A stretch of 64,000 bases of DNA from Eledone cirrhosa (GCA_964016885.1 OZ024740.1:298902001-298966000); one strand, 5' to 3'. Shown: positions 45,487 to 59,600, counted from the first letter of the stretch. Made by a program: numbers and translations. The notes: a model not told the origin generated them from the letters alone.

Positions 45487-48279
45487 CTAGCAGAAGTAAC
45501 CAGCGTTGCTCAGGTGTAAGTCGACCTTTGCTCTGTTGTTAAAATGTGTGAAAGTTACTTCCCGCGCATCACAGATGCAACGTTGTTGTTGGTGTTGTTA
45601 TTGTCTACACCAAAGGAGGTCATCATGAAACAGGAGTTGTATTTCCACGTGTTACGGTGGAACGTTGTAGCCGTAGTGTCGTCACCTGTAAGTAGATTCA
45701 GAAGAACGTCTGGCGAGTCAGCCAATGCCTCTATTTGCACCTTACCTCCTGCACAGCATATAGAAGGCGCCTCGCCTGGCCACTTCATTGCCTTGCAGGA
45801 TGTACAGACATTATCCATTTTGCCAATGGAAACTGTAGGCAGAAGTCTGTAAGCCTCAGAGGGGTTATATCTGAAGGCTGCTTTTACCCAGCCTGAGCTC
45901 TTGGCAGCAGTAGCTGAGAACGCCTAATTCGTCATCTCAAAGCAGTAGCTGTATCTTTTTTGGAGGTAAGTCTTGAACGTTTCCGTGTGGGCATAAAGAC
46001 GTGTTTCGAAGCTGTTAGGTTAGAGAGGGGTGATTAAGTACAGAGAGAGGTGACACCAGATTCGCTAGCATGGTTACTGGTGAATGGGAAGGTTTGGAAA
46101 TATGATTATAATAACTTACCGAATTTTCCGGCCTGTAAAGTGCACTTAAAATAGCTAAATTTCATCAAAAAACAACTCTGCGCTTTATACTCCGGTGAGC
46201 CTTATGTATAAATAATACAATGGTAATCAATCATGGCTCTAACAGAAGTAATAGATCTAGACTAAAAGTAAAGAAGATAGCATTTTCCTGGTTGGCCTTA
46301 CACGCCATTGCGCGGACCTGATTTTAAATGATACGCCTTATATCCGGTGAGCCTTAAAGAGCGGAAAATACGGTGTCTATTGGAAAAGAATACTAATTCA
46401 TGACCAAGGTGTGACAAAATTGGCGTCTCTACAGTGCCTGAAACAAACTTGTCCAAAACCCTGGGATCTTTCTCGTTAAGTATCCACCTAAAAGGAACCG
46501 TTTCTTAGTTACAAAAAATAACCGAAGTGAATAGTAGCTATATTTCTAACATATGCCAAAAAGAACAATATATTAAAAAAATTTTCTAAAGTACATTCAA
46601 TCTATCTTTTTGACTGATGTCTTAATAAGCAAATTATCGATTTTTTATTAACTGTCAGTGTTTATCTGCATGCAGGTGTGTACGTATGTGCAATCAATTG
46701 CACTGCATGCAGATGGTCTATGACAACTAATTAAAAAATTAAAGAACAATAGCAATTTGCAAATACGCTCATAACATTTAGTCGTAAACAAAACAAAAAA
46801 TGCTATTAGAGGTGGGCTAATAATGGAAAACACACAAACCCTGGTGAACTTACGTTTAAAAACCCGAAAACTTACTCACTTTCAGTGCAAAAGGCTGTGA
46901 CAGTAGTATTATGAATTAAGTAATTTTTTAGAACCTTTTGTTTAAAAAAAGGAAAAAATTGGTACGGACGTAACATTTTTTACAACTTTGTATGTGTCCA
47001 ATACAACTTGGTCAAAGTATTATTTAGTACATTATTTTCAAAAAGCATGATTATTTAAGACTGTTTGAAAATTTACTCACCGCTTTTAGCTTTTGGCATC
47101 ACAAAAGACACCATTAAATTTGGTTTCCTTTCAGATAGGGATAATACTGTATTTGCACTTGAATAAGGGGTAATATGAAAAGTTTAACGCTAATATGTCA
47201 ACAATCCCCTAGTCCCAATGGGGACTTTTAAATTTAAGGAAGGCGAAAAATGAATTAAATTTAACTGAAATGGCATGCAAGTAGTCTAAATAAATAAGCA
47301 CTAACTCACCGATAAGTAAGTGGGCAAATTCTGTAAAGGTCCATTTAGTGAGACGGCCGGATTTATTGTTGTTCACAAAAAGTGGATACACACAAAGAGA
47401 AAAAGGCGGTTCACACGTGCGTGCATACCTGTTTGTGTATCTATCGTTGAGAAAACATACTGCCCGTGGTATAGACAGGCCGTCCAATCAATAACGCGCG
47501 TGAGTCACTGTGTGTGCATGCTTATATGGGCATATGAAATTGATTTTGAATGTGCTTGTGTTCGAATACATACACATTAAATTTCATAGAAATCGAAAGA
47601 TTTTTGAAAAAAATATGAAAAACATTCTGTCATATATTTTGTTGACTGTACAATTATTTAAGAATTAAGAATTCTACTCAAAGAACCCTGAATATCTGTT
47701 TGTAAAGCCTTCAATTTTCCCATAAAGAAAGGCGTAGATTTGCATATTTCCACAATATTGTGCCATTGATAATTAAACTATGAATAATTGTCTGCCCTAA
47801 CTCTTAAAGGTCTCATTTAACGTATGATTTATGAGTTTAAAAAACTTTCTGAATTTTTGCAACCTAATGGATCTAGTATTGTGGTAATATCAAATTTCAT
47901 TGAAATCGGACGAATTCTGAAAATATCAATTTTTGCCTCTGGGGGGTCCGATTATCATTACCGCATCAAAATACATACGTCAAATTTCATTGGAATCGGA
48001 CAAATTTCGTAAATATCAATTTTTGGCTCTGGTGATCCAATTATCGATTTTTCCTGGATCAAAACACACTTGCGCCGAGTTTCATCGAAATCGGACGATT
48101 TTTGAAAATATTGATTTTTGGCTTCGAAAATTTCAAGTAGCCTATTCCAATCTACAGGTCGAGTTTTATATATGTGTCAAGTTTCATGAAAATTGGATGA
48201 ACGGTGTAGCCTGCAAGTTCGGGACACCAAACTAACAAACAAACAAACAACGCCCAACTTCACTTTATATATATATATA
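45487..48279 (-). mobile_element. Internally deleted Helitron retaining the Rep N-terminal Zn-finger fragment
   Basis: ORF 45555-45818: CTSCKAMKWPGE...CCAGGKV...YNSCFMMTSFG. The minus-strand 3' end has a hairpin then CTAG at 45487-45490. The 5' end is tatatatataaag near 48279. Confidence 0.85.
46119..46373. mobile_element. Tc1/pogo-type MITE nested in the Helitron
   Basis: TIRs (ta)ccgaattttccg / cggaaaatacgg(tg), with internal repeated tccggtgagcctta. Confidence 0.6.
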
Positions 48280-48800
48280 ATACACATATGTATAATTAAT
48301 TTTAATGAATGTGCGTTTAGTTATTCGATCATCCTCAACAGTTTTATATCCACCTTTTCATATTGGTATCAGTTTTATGTCTATTCTATGGCCAGTTACT
48401 CTTCAATGCTGGCATATATGAAAATCTGAAGGAAGAAAAGACATGTACACATGCCTGGGAACTGAGTAAATACTATAGGAGTCATCGACTGTTAAACTTA
48501 AAATATATGCAAGCTACATTATGTACTGTGTTTTGTGTTTGTACACTTACATATACACACACACAAACATTTTTACCTATTCAACTCTTTGAATGAATAC
48601 CTATCACGAGAAAAGGCTGTAAATATCTACTTTATAGAATCATACTGATTTTCACATTTACACACTCATTCAACCCATTTTCGGATTGTGCATAGAAAAA
48701 GAAAGAAGGATATGTGTATAAAATGATCCAATTGAAAGAAACATTATTTGGCAGATTTAATCAACCAAAATCTATTTTTACATTACTCTTATTTTCACAG

Positions 48801-48856
48801 AGGCTTCCTGAGTTAGAATTTGGTGCTATATACAATGTGAAGATTGTTGAAGTTCG
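48801..48856 (+). CDS. PNPT1: PNPT1 internal exon (56 nt), start of S1 domain: RLPELEFGAIYNVKIVEV(R)
   Basis: Bounded by attttcacAG and GTaagt. The translation resembles the PNPase motif LEFGAVYTATITEIR. It ends in phase 2 (CG), completed by the first A of the next exon. Confidence 0.9.
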
Positions 48857-49929
48857 GTAAGTGATTTTTCTCAAGTTTTTGTCATCTTGCACAAAAGTAA
48901 TTGCCATTTATTTGAATGCTTTCTCTAATTTCCTCGTGTTGACTGAAGTCGCTATAGTAAAACATAATACAGTCGATCATATGTAATTGAACCTAAAATT
49001 GAAAAGAAATTGTTAGTAAATTTCTGAGATATAACACAAAATGGAAATCAAAATGTCTGTCATTCTTAGTTTGTCTGAAAATGTATCTACAATAATGGGA
49101 GAATAATATCTGCATTAAACTGAATAGTCCGGAATAAATGTTCATAATTTTTCTCATTACTTGATATTGCCTTTACTATGATTATATTTCTTGTGGGTGT
49201 CTTTCACTGATACTCTATTTGCTTTTATTTATATTGGTTTTTGTTTTCTTTTTACATTTATTTCTCTTTTTTATGTGTGGAAACTAACTACCAAATGGCA
49301 ACTTTTTAAGTTAAAGAAACTAGTATGCACAACATCTACTTTCAATATTTTTCTTAGATAGTTTGAATTCATATTTTAATATAAAGCAAATATCAAAGAG
49401 TTAAAAAAGAAAACCAAATTTAAAAAAAATTAAAATTGAAAATTAAAATAGGGATTGAAATTTGTATTTGAATAGATCAGAATTTCAGTTTTGGGCTTTT
49501 TGAACAATATGACTAAAATTTATTAATTTTATTACATTGGGTAATGGAGGGTTCTTTCTATGTTGTGTTGATGTATATTTTATATATATATAGATAAGAG
49601 GAAAAGATTGTTTTGTTGATGAAGTTAAAAGTTCAGACATAAAGATATATGCCCATAGTTACCCCATGCCTCTGAAACAAAGATCAGATTGTCCTTTTCT
49701 TTAACTATGGATCTCTTAATAATTTCTTGAAATCATATCCATAACTCCTTTAGAGTTGATAACAATTGCTGCTCAGTTTCCATTCTCTGTCTGTCAGTGT
49801 AATGTCAATAAATTAAGAATCAATTATTTCTGGCATTCAGTACATTATTTCAGTTGTCCAAATTCATGCTACTAACACCTTTGAGTTATTTTCATATAGA
49901 TATGCATATATCAAATATAAATATATATA

Positions 49930-52900
49930 TATAATATAAAATCAAAAGATGGTTAAAAGAGTTCCATGTATTTTATTATGCGCATTTCAAAAACAAATAT
50001 CATCATGGGTTGATATTTGCGTTCTCATCAGATAAAATAGGGAGACATGATATGAAGCTTAAAAAACACTTGCGAGCAGTGAAGTGTTAAATCAACATAT
50101 GAAAAATAAAATTAGAAGGATAGAGATTGGAAAAAAGGAAAGGAAAGGGGGAAACAAAAGGTAAGGAAGAGGAAGAAAAAATATAGATAGAAGAAAAAAA
50201 AAATAATAATAAGGAAAGGATGACGGAGGAGGAGTATAAGAAGGAAGGATGAGAGAGGAGGAGAAAATGAGTGAGAGAGAGAGAGAGAGATAACCTTTAT
50301 TACTGAGAAACACTGTCTCACAGAGAAAAAAAAAAACCGTTGTAAGATAATACATAATTTTAAAAAATTAAGAAATTAAAAGTTAAGGAGGTTTATGAAT
50401 GGTGATGCTAATGATTAAAGAAAAAGGAATTAAGAATACTATTTATTTAAGGTTTATATATTGAAGGGTTTAATAAGATGTGCGAAAAGGAATTTATTAA
50501 AATGTATTATTAAAATAAAATAATATTAATAAGATAAGGTGAATGAAGATAAGGTTAAATGAATTATGAACTTAGAGGGATTAATTAGGGTCCGAGTTTG
50601 TTTCAATATATTGTAATAGGAAAAAGTAAATAATAGATTTAATACGAGTATGGAAGGAGAGAAGAAAGAGAAAATTCAAGGAAGAAAAAATATATAACGT
50701 CAAAAAAATATGTTTACAAAATTTCTCTAATGGTAATATTAGTATATATTAAAAATAAAAATTTGTATGGCCGAGAATATAAGGAAAATGCTATAGTGAT
50801 GAATTAAGAAGTAATTGAGAAGTAAAAGTTGCAGATTAAAGATTAGAAATTAAAAAAGAAGAAAAATAGGAGACCGCTAATGACATAGTATGAGTAATAT
50901 TGTATAATATACTGAAATAAGGTAGAAAAAATATAAAAGTGTTTGAGAAAAAAAGATTTTAAACTAATTAGGTAGTAAGATATTAGCTGTATACTTTATG
51001 GAAAGTTCTATGGGATTTATGCAAGCAGAGCGAAAATAAATCCGTACGTCTATTTATTATAGAATTAAAATTAGAGATAATGGTAAATTTCTCCGCTAGG
51101 CAGAGATTACATGTTCTGGATAGGGAAGAATTAAAGTAAGGAGAGGTGTTGCAAACCTTTCTCCAAGAAATGTTGTAGTTAATATATTTGTCCTTTAAGG
51201 ACCATATGGGTTCTGAGAGTGCTGTGTTAGTTGTTTTAAGTTGGTATTTAAAAGAAGAATTGTGATTATAAAATCTTGCCTTAAAGGAAGTGGAAGTGGA
51301 ACCAAAATAGGTAAAAGAATTAGTACCTTACATTCATACACTAAATTTTTATCAAGACATTGGTTACTAAGAGGACATTTAGTTCTAATAGGGCAATTGC
51401 AATTACGATTAGAGTAATTACCAGAGTTATTAGCAAGTGACCCAGTATTATTTATAGAAGGAATTGAATTGGAGAAGTTACTTACGATAGGTGTTAAAGT
51501 TTCCCGATTTAGATTGGTATTATGTACGTTTGAGGTCGTATTTAAATTTACGGAATGCAGCCTAGAGTTAACATTGACGTCGGGCTTACTATTGTTATTA
51601 ATATGACGCTCAGTGTTGGATGGATATGATTTATTACTTAATATTTTAGTATTATGTTTTGAGATAATGTTAGAGATGTTGGAAGTGGTGGAATAAGAGA
51701 ATTTAATTGTATGCTTATTAAAGATCTTACTATAAATATGTGAAGGAGGGAAGCATTTATCTAAGGCCCTAAAAAATAGTTTAGGAATATTACTAATAAT
51801 AGATAGAGAAAAAGGAGCGTTGTACCAAATCATATTTTTATATCTAGGTCTTTTCTTTATGCTATTGGCATGCTTATAACTAACTATATTACTATAAGTT
51901 CCTCCATGATTGGTTTCTTTACTGTATTTAATTTTGTCAGGATAACCGGCTCTGAAAAGCGCATTGTTGTAATAATTGGCTTTAGTGTCAAAGATAAGTT
52001 TATTAGAAGATAGATTTGAGAGTCTTTTTTCAACATTACTGTCTATAGCATTTGTAACGTTAATAGGGTGGTTAGATTTAAAATTAACATAATTTATATT
52101 CTCATTGTCTTTATCGTAAGAGTAATATAGGCCAGTGTCAAGATTAAGGGATATATCCAGCAAGTTAGCTAGTTTGACATTGTTTTCAAATTCAATTTTT
52201 AGGTTATGGTGCTTAAATAGATCAAGTATATTATTCTTAATAATATTAAGGTTAACTAAGTTACAGTTTAAGACAGTAAAAAGGGCATCGTCATGATAAA
52301 TTCCACCGCGAAGTTGAGGAATTTTCAGATTTAAAGAATTCAAAATAAAGATTCCAATCAAGTCTGTCAATTGCGCTGAATCCGACGAACCCATTGTAAT
52401 ATCAAAATTGTTGGAAGTATCAGCTCTAGTCCAATATTCCTTGTTGAATTCCAGGATAGTTTTTCTTGCGGTGAGAATGATGTACAGTTCATCTGTGGTG
52501 ATGTCAGAATATTTAAATGCAAAAGAGAGAGCATTGTTGAGGAGTGAAGGCAAAATAGAAGAATAGTAACTGGCAATGTGAAATTGAATAAATTTTTGTT
52601 TGTTTTTATTATTCAGGTCATTGAACCAGTCAATTACATCAGATGTACCAATCCATAAATTTAAGTTAGAAATAGAGCAATTAGAACGAACCTGTGGGAT
52701 AATTCTATCCAAGATGGATTTACTAACAACCCCCAGATCGGATTTAGAGGGGATGATTAGTCTAACAGGCAGTTCAGTTCGAAAGTTACTTTTGTGATCT
52801 TTAAGATTTATCCTTGGAGTTCTTGGGAAGAATGGTTCGGTCTTTTTCTCGATGCCAAGTTTAGACATAATCTCAGAAGCTTCCAAGTTTATAGATTCAA

Positions 52901-53247
52901 GATTCTCATGGTTAGTTTTGCGATAATTCTTCCTTAGTTCCTTAAGGATAAGGTTATTATATTTATCTTTAGATACACCATATAAATTATTAGTTTTGTT
53001 GGAGTGGACTAAGACTTTTTTTAGAAGAATTAAGGTCTGAAATTGTATTCCTGAGATTTATAAGGTGCTCCTGTCCTCTATAAGGGTTTCTCTTGAATTT
53101 AAGTCCTCTTATAATATTGGTTAGTTCTTCCTCAAACTGTGCTAGATTTTTATTGAAAGCAGGATTTACTCCAGTCCTATAAACTGTTGAGTGCTACTTA
53201 TCCGATAGTTGCATTGCTTTATTGTGCAACAATAAAACTCACCTCCT

Positions 53248-53250
<3 letters not shown>
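49930..53250 (-). mobile_element. Penelope-like element, 5'-truncated: RT + Asn-rich linker + GIY-YIG (frameshifted near 51310) + 3' hammerhead
   Basis: ORF 51195-52886 contains PRINLKDHK, VRLIIP, FDITMGSSD, YHDD, LLDISL, IWYNAPFS and CNC..C. A shifted frame continues YFGSTSTSFKARFYNH...CNLCLAEK...CLH to ~50985. Flanked by (TA)n. Confidence 0.93.
49969..50039 (-). ncRNA. Type I hammerhead ribozyme with canonical core at the Penelope 3' end
   Basis: uauuuuau CUGAUGA gaac-gcaaauauca..ugauauuugu-uuuu GAAA UGCGCA UA|auaaaaua. 8-bp stem I and palindromic helix III. Confidence 0.85.
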
Positions 53251-53286
<36 letters not shown>

Positions 53287-53314
53287 CTAGCTAATCTCTA
53301 TATATATATATATA

Positions 53315-54213
53315 TATAATCTAGCTAAGACAAAAGTGTTGATGAGTAGAAAAGAGGACAAAACCCTGATTCCATCAGGGAAATGGCCATGTTCGATATG
53401 CAGAAAAGGAACTGGCATAAATTCTATAAAATGCACACAATGCAGGTCCTGGGTACACAAGAGATGTAGCGGGATAGCAGGCAAACTAACAGGTAGGGAG
53501 AAATATGTATGCAGTAGATGTACAGGGAAATTAGACAGTAGAAGTCGCACTGATAGACACATTTTTCAAATGCGAGAGGGCGCTATAGAAGTGGTGGATA
53601 GCTTCCGGTACCTAGGAGATCAGATTAGCATGGGAGGAGGGTGTTCCGAGGCCATAGTATCTAGAATAAGGACGGGTTGGAAGAAGTTTAGGGAGCTGCT
53701 TCCTCTGTTGACGAAGAAGGGTTTCTCCCTGCGTACGAAAGGCCGGTTGTATGATGCCTGTGTGAGGAGCGCGATGCTGCATGGTAGTGAGACATGGGCA
53801 GCAACCGCAGAGGATATGCGACGGCTGGAGAGAAATGAGGCAAGCATGCTCCGTTGGATGTGCAGTGTAAATGTGCGTGAACGACCCAGCATAAATGTGT
53901 TGAGAGAGAAACTGTGTCTGAGAGGGATAGAATGTAGTGTACGGGAGAGGAGACTGAGGTGGTATGGACATGTGATGCGCATGGAGGATGACCGATGGGT
54001 GAAGAAGTGCCAGGAAATGCCAGTTGAAGGAAGACGTGGTAGAGGTAGACCATGAAAAACATGGGCGGAGGTGGTGAGAACATACCTCAGATCATTGAAG
54101 CTCACGGTGGAGATGACAAGGGACCGTGACGAGTGGAGAGATGCTGTGCTGAATAAGACCCGTCCCACCCTTGCAAGCAGGGAAAAGCGGACGTAAAATG
54201 ATGATGATGATGA
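53315..54213 (+). mobile_element. RTE LINE 3' portion with PHD-like zinc finger; premature stop at 54053-54055; GAT tail
   Basis: ORF 53336-54055: [45 protein letters not shown]. Confidence 0.92.
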
Positions 54214-54329
54214 TATATATATATAAAGAAGTCAAGACCCCGACGGCTGAGCTCCTGGTATTTCAACAGCTAGATCATATATATGATCATATATATATAC
54301 AGGGGATCAGCCGTCGGGGTCTTGACTTC

Positions 54330-54368
<39 letters not shown>

Positions 54369-55589
54369 TCATCATCACCACTGTTTTACGTCCATTCTTC
54401 CATGTTAGCATGGGTTAGACAGGTTTTCCTGTTGTGGGCAATGCCAGGTCTTGCTCATATGATTTTGGTTTGATTTCTACCGCTGGATGCCCTTCCTAAC
54501 ACCAGCCTCATTTACTGTGAGTACTGGCTGCTTTTTACCATGGCACCTACACAACCACTACAGTGTGGACTGGGTGCTTTTTTGTCGTGACACCACCACA
54601 ACCACTTTACAGTGGGAGGGGGGGGGGTATATTGTCTATATACTTCAGCTTGTACCTGTGGGAAGTCGAGTCTTCTGTATTACTGCGTAACACCAGAGGT
54701 CTCGGTCCTGTGTCATCACCTTTGATAGGTGCAATTGGGCAAGGTCAGCTTTTATCACCTCATCCCACGTCTTCTTGGGTCTCACCACTCCAAGGCTTCC
54801 ATTGACTTTTAGTGCTCTGTGTATATATAATTCAAAATTATAAGAAAGCCATGGATATGAAATTATCTTGGCTTTCTTATAACTTTGAATTGTAAATGCT
54901 CTGCTACCTGTACTGCCCTTAACAACAGGATATTTTAACTGTACATGACTTAATCATCCAGTTTATACTCCCGAGAGTCTGAAGACGGTAATGTGTATTG
55001 AGCTTATCTCATCTTACCAAAGAAAATAGTGAAGTACTACACTATAATTACATAAATATATATATATTTTTATTTTTATTGCCTTATTTTGATATATTGT
55101 CATTTTGTTGTATTATTTTCACACATTGCCATGAACTACATACATTTGCAACAACTACAACATCCTCAGCATAAATATTTTGTTTGATATACACCAACAA
55201 TACTGTGGAGAACAGATTGCAAATTGTTTAAGAATCAGTATAAATATGGCTGATTTCCTGTTAGAATAATGAGGTGAGGTTATGCACTTAAATGATACTT
55301 GTCACAAAAAATTGTGCAAGAAACATTCTCACTCAGACTGTTAAATAATATCTGAGAATAGTTCACCAAAGAACTTCTCTCTGATATGTTTGAAAACCAA
55401 CATTGTATATGAAATCAATTGTACATGCTGAGAAAAGTATATAGGACCTACTAAAAGCTAAATTTATCAAAGAGTATCAGAACATTTTTATAAAGCAATA
55501 GCTGTCCTCTCAGTGTTCCCACATAGAGAAAAATGGCAAGGAAACCTAACAACACAGATCTTGGTGAAATACACAAATGCCCCAGTCTA

Positions 55590-55943
55590 CACAGCACTGT
55601 AAAGTGGTTATGTAAGTAAGTGTCATGACAAAAACACTCATTCCACACTGTAAAGCGGTCTTGTAGGTGTCACAACAAAAAGCGCTCACTCCACACTGTA
55701 AAGTGGTCTTGTATATGTCACAACAAAAGCACTCAGTCCACACTGTAAAGTGGTCATATAAGTGTCATGACAAAAAGCACCCAGTCCACACATTAGTAAG
55801 TGCTTCCAGCCATAGAAACCAAGCCAGAAACAGTTCTGTATCAGCAAGACACAGACATCTGATCTGGCTTGTCTCACAACAGGACAACTTGGCCGACCCA
55901 TGCTAACATGGAAAAAATGGACGTTAAATGGTGAGGATGATGA
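55590..55943 (+). mobile_element. RTE/SINE tail with four ~49-bp hairpin-pseudoknot modules
   Basis: cactgtaaagtggt..gtgtca..acaaaaa.cac repeated, followed by the standard tail. Confidence 0.7.
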
Positions 55944-56567
55944 TACAAAACTCTGGATTTCCAAAGCACACTTCACTGAAAAGTGAAAACCCATCCTGAA
56001 TTGCCAGACCAAGCTAGACACATGAAAGTACACATTCTATATCTCTGAACTGTAACAGCACACAAACTTCCAACTTTCTGATTTGCAAGGAAATAGGTTT
56101 AAAAAACAATATACAACAACACGTCAGATGATGGATTTTAAATCTGAAAGCATTCACTAGTGAACATTAACAACCAGTCCAACAACAAGGCTCAAAGTGT
56201 AGTTATTTGTTAGTTGATTTAATTTAATGCAATTTCACCTATTCACCTTTACTTTACTGTCTGTTCATCCATCCACTTTTCACTTATACATTTGAGCATT
56301 AAAACCTAAACAAGCAAATATCATCTATAGCTTTATACCATTTTAGTGCTATTTTGATATCATTTTGTTATATTATTTTTTCACATTGCTATAAAGCATA
56401 TATGACTGAAGTGACTACAACACACACATGCTCCTACATACATCTATACATACACATGTAGACATGCATCAATGCATGCATAAACACACGCACATACACA
56501 TGACATCTATTTTATATCAGTTTTCAGTCTATTCAAACTGACCCACTTTTTCTAAAACTTCTTCCAG

Positions 56568-56646
56568 AGAAAATGGTTTGATGGTACAGTTTAACCCCAA
56601 AATGCAACCAGCATTCCTTCATGTTTCACAACTTGATCAACGGAAG
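56568..56646 (+). CDS. PNPT1: PNPT1 internal exon (79 nt): (R)ENGLMVQFNPKMQPAFLHVSQLDQRK
   Basis: cttccAG acceptor and GTatgt donor. In frame with both neighbouring exons. Contains the S1-domain motif LHxSQLDQRK. Confidence 0.92.
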
Positions 56647-59600
56647 GTATGTATTTACATCTATTTTGAGACACTATGGTAAAATACTTAAAAAAATATG
56701 ATTGTTTGAAATCCTTATATTTGAATATATAATGTAAATTCCTAAAAACTGTGCTTTTCTAAGTTGTATAGGAATTGCAATCATCTACTCTTAAATTCTC
56801 ATTTGTATATTGCTATTAGACATAGTTTGTGACATTGTCACTTTGTAGCAGTAATTTTCTTTATTTAACCGTTTCACATATTTGAAACCTTTGGAAGTGA
56901 ATTTACATTGAATGGTAGAAGGCACTTCAAAAACTCTTCAATTTCATTCGTTGGAAATAAAATAGGCTGTGAAAGTTTATAAAATAGGTTTCAGGTGTTT
57001 TAATTTAAAGAAAATAACATCACAAAATTTATTATATTCAACTTTATTCTACACATACATACATGATGGCTGCAACTCAATTTCAAGTAATGCCATCGCT
57101 TGATACTTAAGCATGGACATGGCTTTTTAGTCTTGCTAGGGACTTGCCTATGGCCAGCAATACCATGCATCGCAATGCATGTGCTTGAAGCTTTTTTAAG
57201 TGAGGAAAGGCTTTGCATAGAGCCAATCCTACTCTCTGAACATTGAATTCATTTGCCAAAAAAGAAGAACTGGTCTACATGATTGGGTGCAAATGAAGTC
57301 ACAGGTTTTATATCAGAGTGGCCTTCTCCTAGAGAGATGTCTTAATGAAGATTATGTCAGGTCACTCTTCAGTACTACTGGTAACATGTAACCCAGTACA
57401 ACTTGTGCATGGTCAGGTCGTCGATGCCTAAACTAGCAACCCTGCCAAACTTGCTTGTTGTGGAGGGTGAAAAACAAAACCCGTCAAAGGGAACTCAGGC
57501 GAGTCAAACAGCCATCCAATAATTTTTTTTTCTTTTTGTGGAGCGAGAGACTCCTAGTCTTAATTAATACATACATATATATATTTCTCAGTAAAAAAGC
57601 TCAGTGGACATTAAATATTAATTCACCCCAGGTGGTTTGGATTGTCTATTTCTCAGAACATGACAGATATAAAGGTATTTTGTGTTTTATTGGAACTTGC
57701 AACAAGACGTTTTTTCTCTGTAAACTAAAGTAAATACTTTAATTTTTAATGTGATGTAGTTATAGGGTTATTTTGTACTTTTCAAGAATGACATGCTCAT
57801 GTGGTTTCATGTGGTACAGGTTGTTAAGAGTTAACAGCTTCATATATGTATTGTTTTAAAGCCTTTCCCTGAATGCTTTATATGCTGAAGCAATTGGTTT
57901 GGTTTCACCACAGAATTCTTTTGTTCATACATTAATCTGTAATGGATTTAGATATCTGTGTCAAATTATGTGAAGCTTCATTGAGAAATAGTGATGTTTC
58001 AAGACAGGCAAATTTTATCATCATCTTCATTTTGCATCTGCTCACCTTGCTGGCATAGTGACACTAGCTGTATGGAGTTTCTTTAGAGACTCATAAGAAT
58101 AAAGCATACTATGTCTTCATTCAATCAAAGTAATGTAACATCATCCAGAGGGTGGATAGGGATGAGAGAGGCAGTAAATTAGGATGCACACACACATAAA
58201 CACATACACATACATATATTTCTATTAAACACACACATATATATATATATAACTTAACCCTGTTTATCCATGTTTTTAGAATATGTTGAAAGGCCACATT
58301 AAGTTACTTGTAATAATAAGGTCGCATTCAAGAAACCATAATTATATATTCTTAAAATCTACATTATTTTGTAAAAATCTAATTACTATGTACTAATTAT
58401 CTAAAAAAAAGAAATAAAATTTAATTTTAAAGCTAACTACCTTTTAATGACTTAGTTACGACTGCTTGTTTATATTTTCAGAATATCTTATTTCTCAAAA
58501 TTAGGTGGGGGGAATAAAAAAATTATACACCCACCTTTTTTAGCTTGCTTCTGCTTTGCAACAGACAAAAAGATAAAACAAATACGAATATACCATCAAG
58601 TTGCGTAAAATTTTAAAAATTTTACTTCAAATGAAGATCCACATACATAATTGTCAAATTTTGATAATCACTGGCATACTAAATCCCCATGGGTTCTCAC
58701 CAACCAACCTTAGGCAATAATGTCTCCAGTCAAGCAGGAATTTAATGTATTTTCTAGAATCACATTAGAACTAAAATATAAGCATAGAAAGTACTGAAAT
58801 GACCCTAATGATCTACTAGTTTTGTAATTCTGGCTGTCTGTTTATTCTTTGGTATTTAAAATATATTCATGTTATGGTATAACACATTAGCATTTACATC
58901 ACTCTATATTTACTCTATATTTACCAGAGAATTCTGGCCAGATATGGCCAGTTTAAATGCTAAAGAGTTAAATTAAATTAATAAAAATTTAAAATTTGCT
59001 GGAAATTTTTTATTCTGCTCAGAATGGCATAGAAGGCTGCATGCTGCCTTAACCTTTTAGCATTCACATTATTTTGTCAAATGTCATGTTTATCTATTCA
59101 CATTATCCTTACGGGGGTCGATAAACTAAAGTACCGGTAATATAATGAGATAATTGCTGGCCTTGTGCCAAAATTAGGAACAATTATTTTCAGTTAATCG
59201 TACTCAAGAGGGTTATCAATTTTATTTGTTTGTAATTTTCTTAATTTTCTATGTGCAGACTCGAAATTTTGTCAGTAGATGTTTAAATATCAATAATTTA
59301 CAATTATATATTTTTACCTGATTTTTTTTTGTTAAATTTCACTTTTATGGGCAGGTGAAATTAATTAACAGGGAAATTTGAAGTATCAACCAGGTGCAAA
59401 TATGGGTTTAGTTTTAAATACCTTGTTTTTAGCATAATACTTGATATATAAGAGTCACTAAACCTTATATCAGTGCTCCAGCAATTCCAGTCTTGGAAAT
59501 TATTTTAAACCGAACATAATATTTCTGGTTAAAAATGTTTGCATTTCTGCAGCATCTGTTGGTCACCATAACAGATCGGGTTTTTCTTGATGTGAAATCT

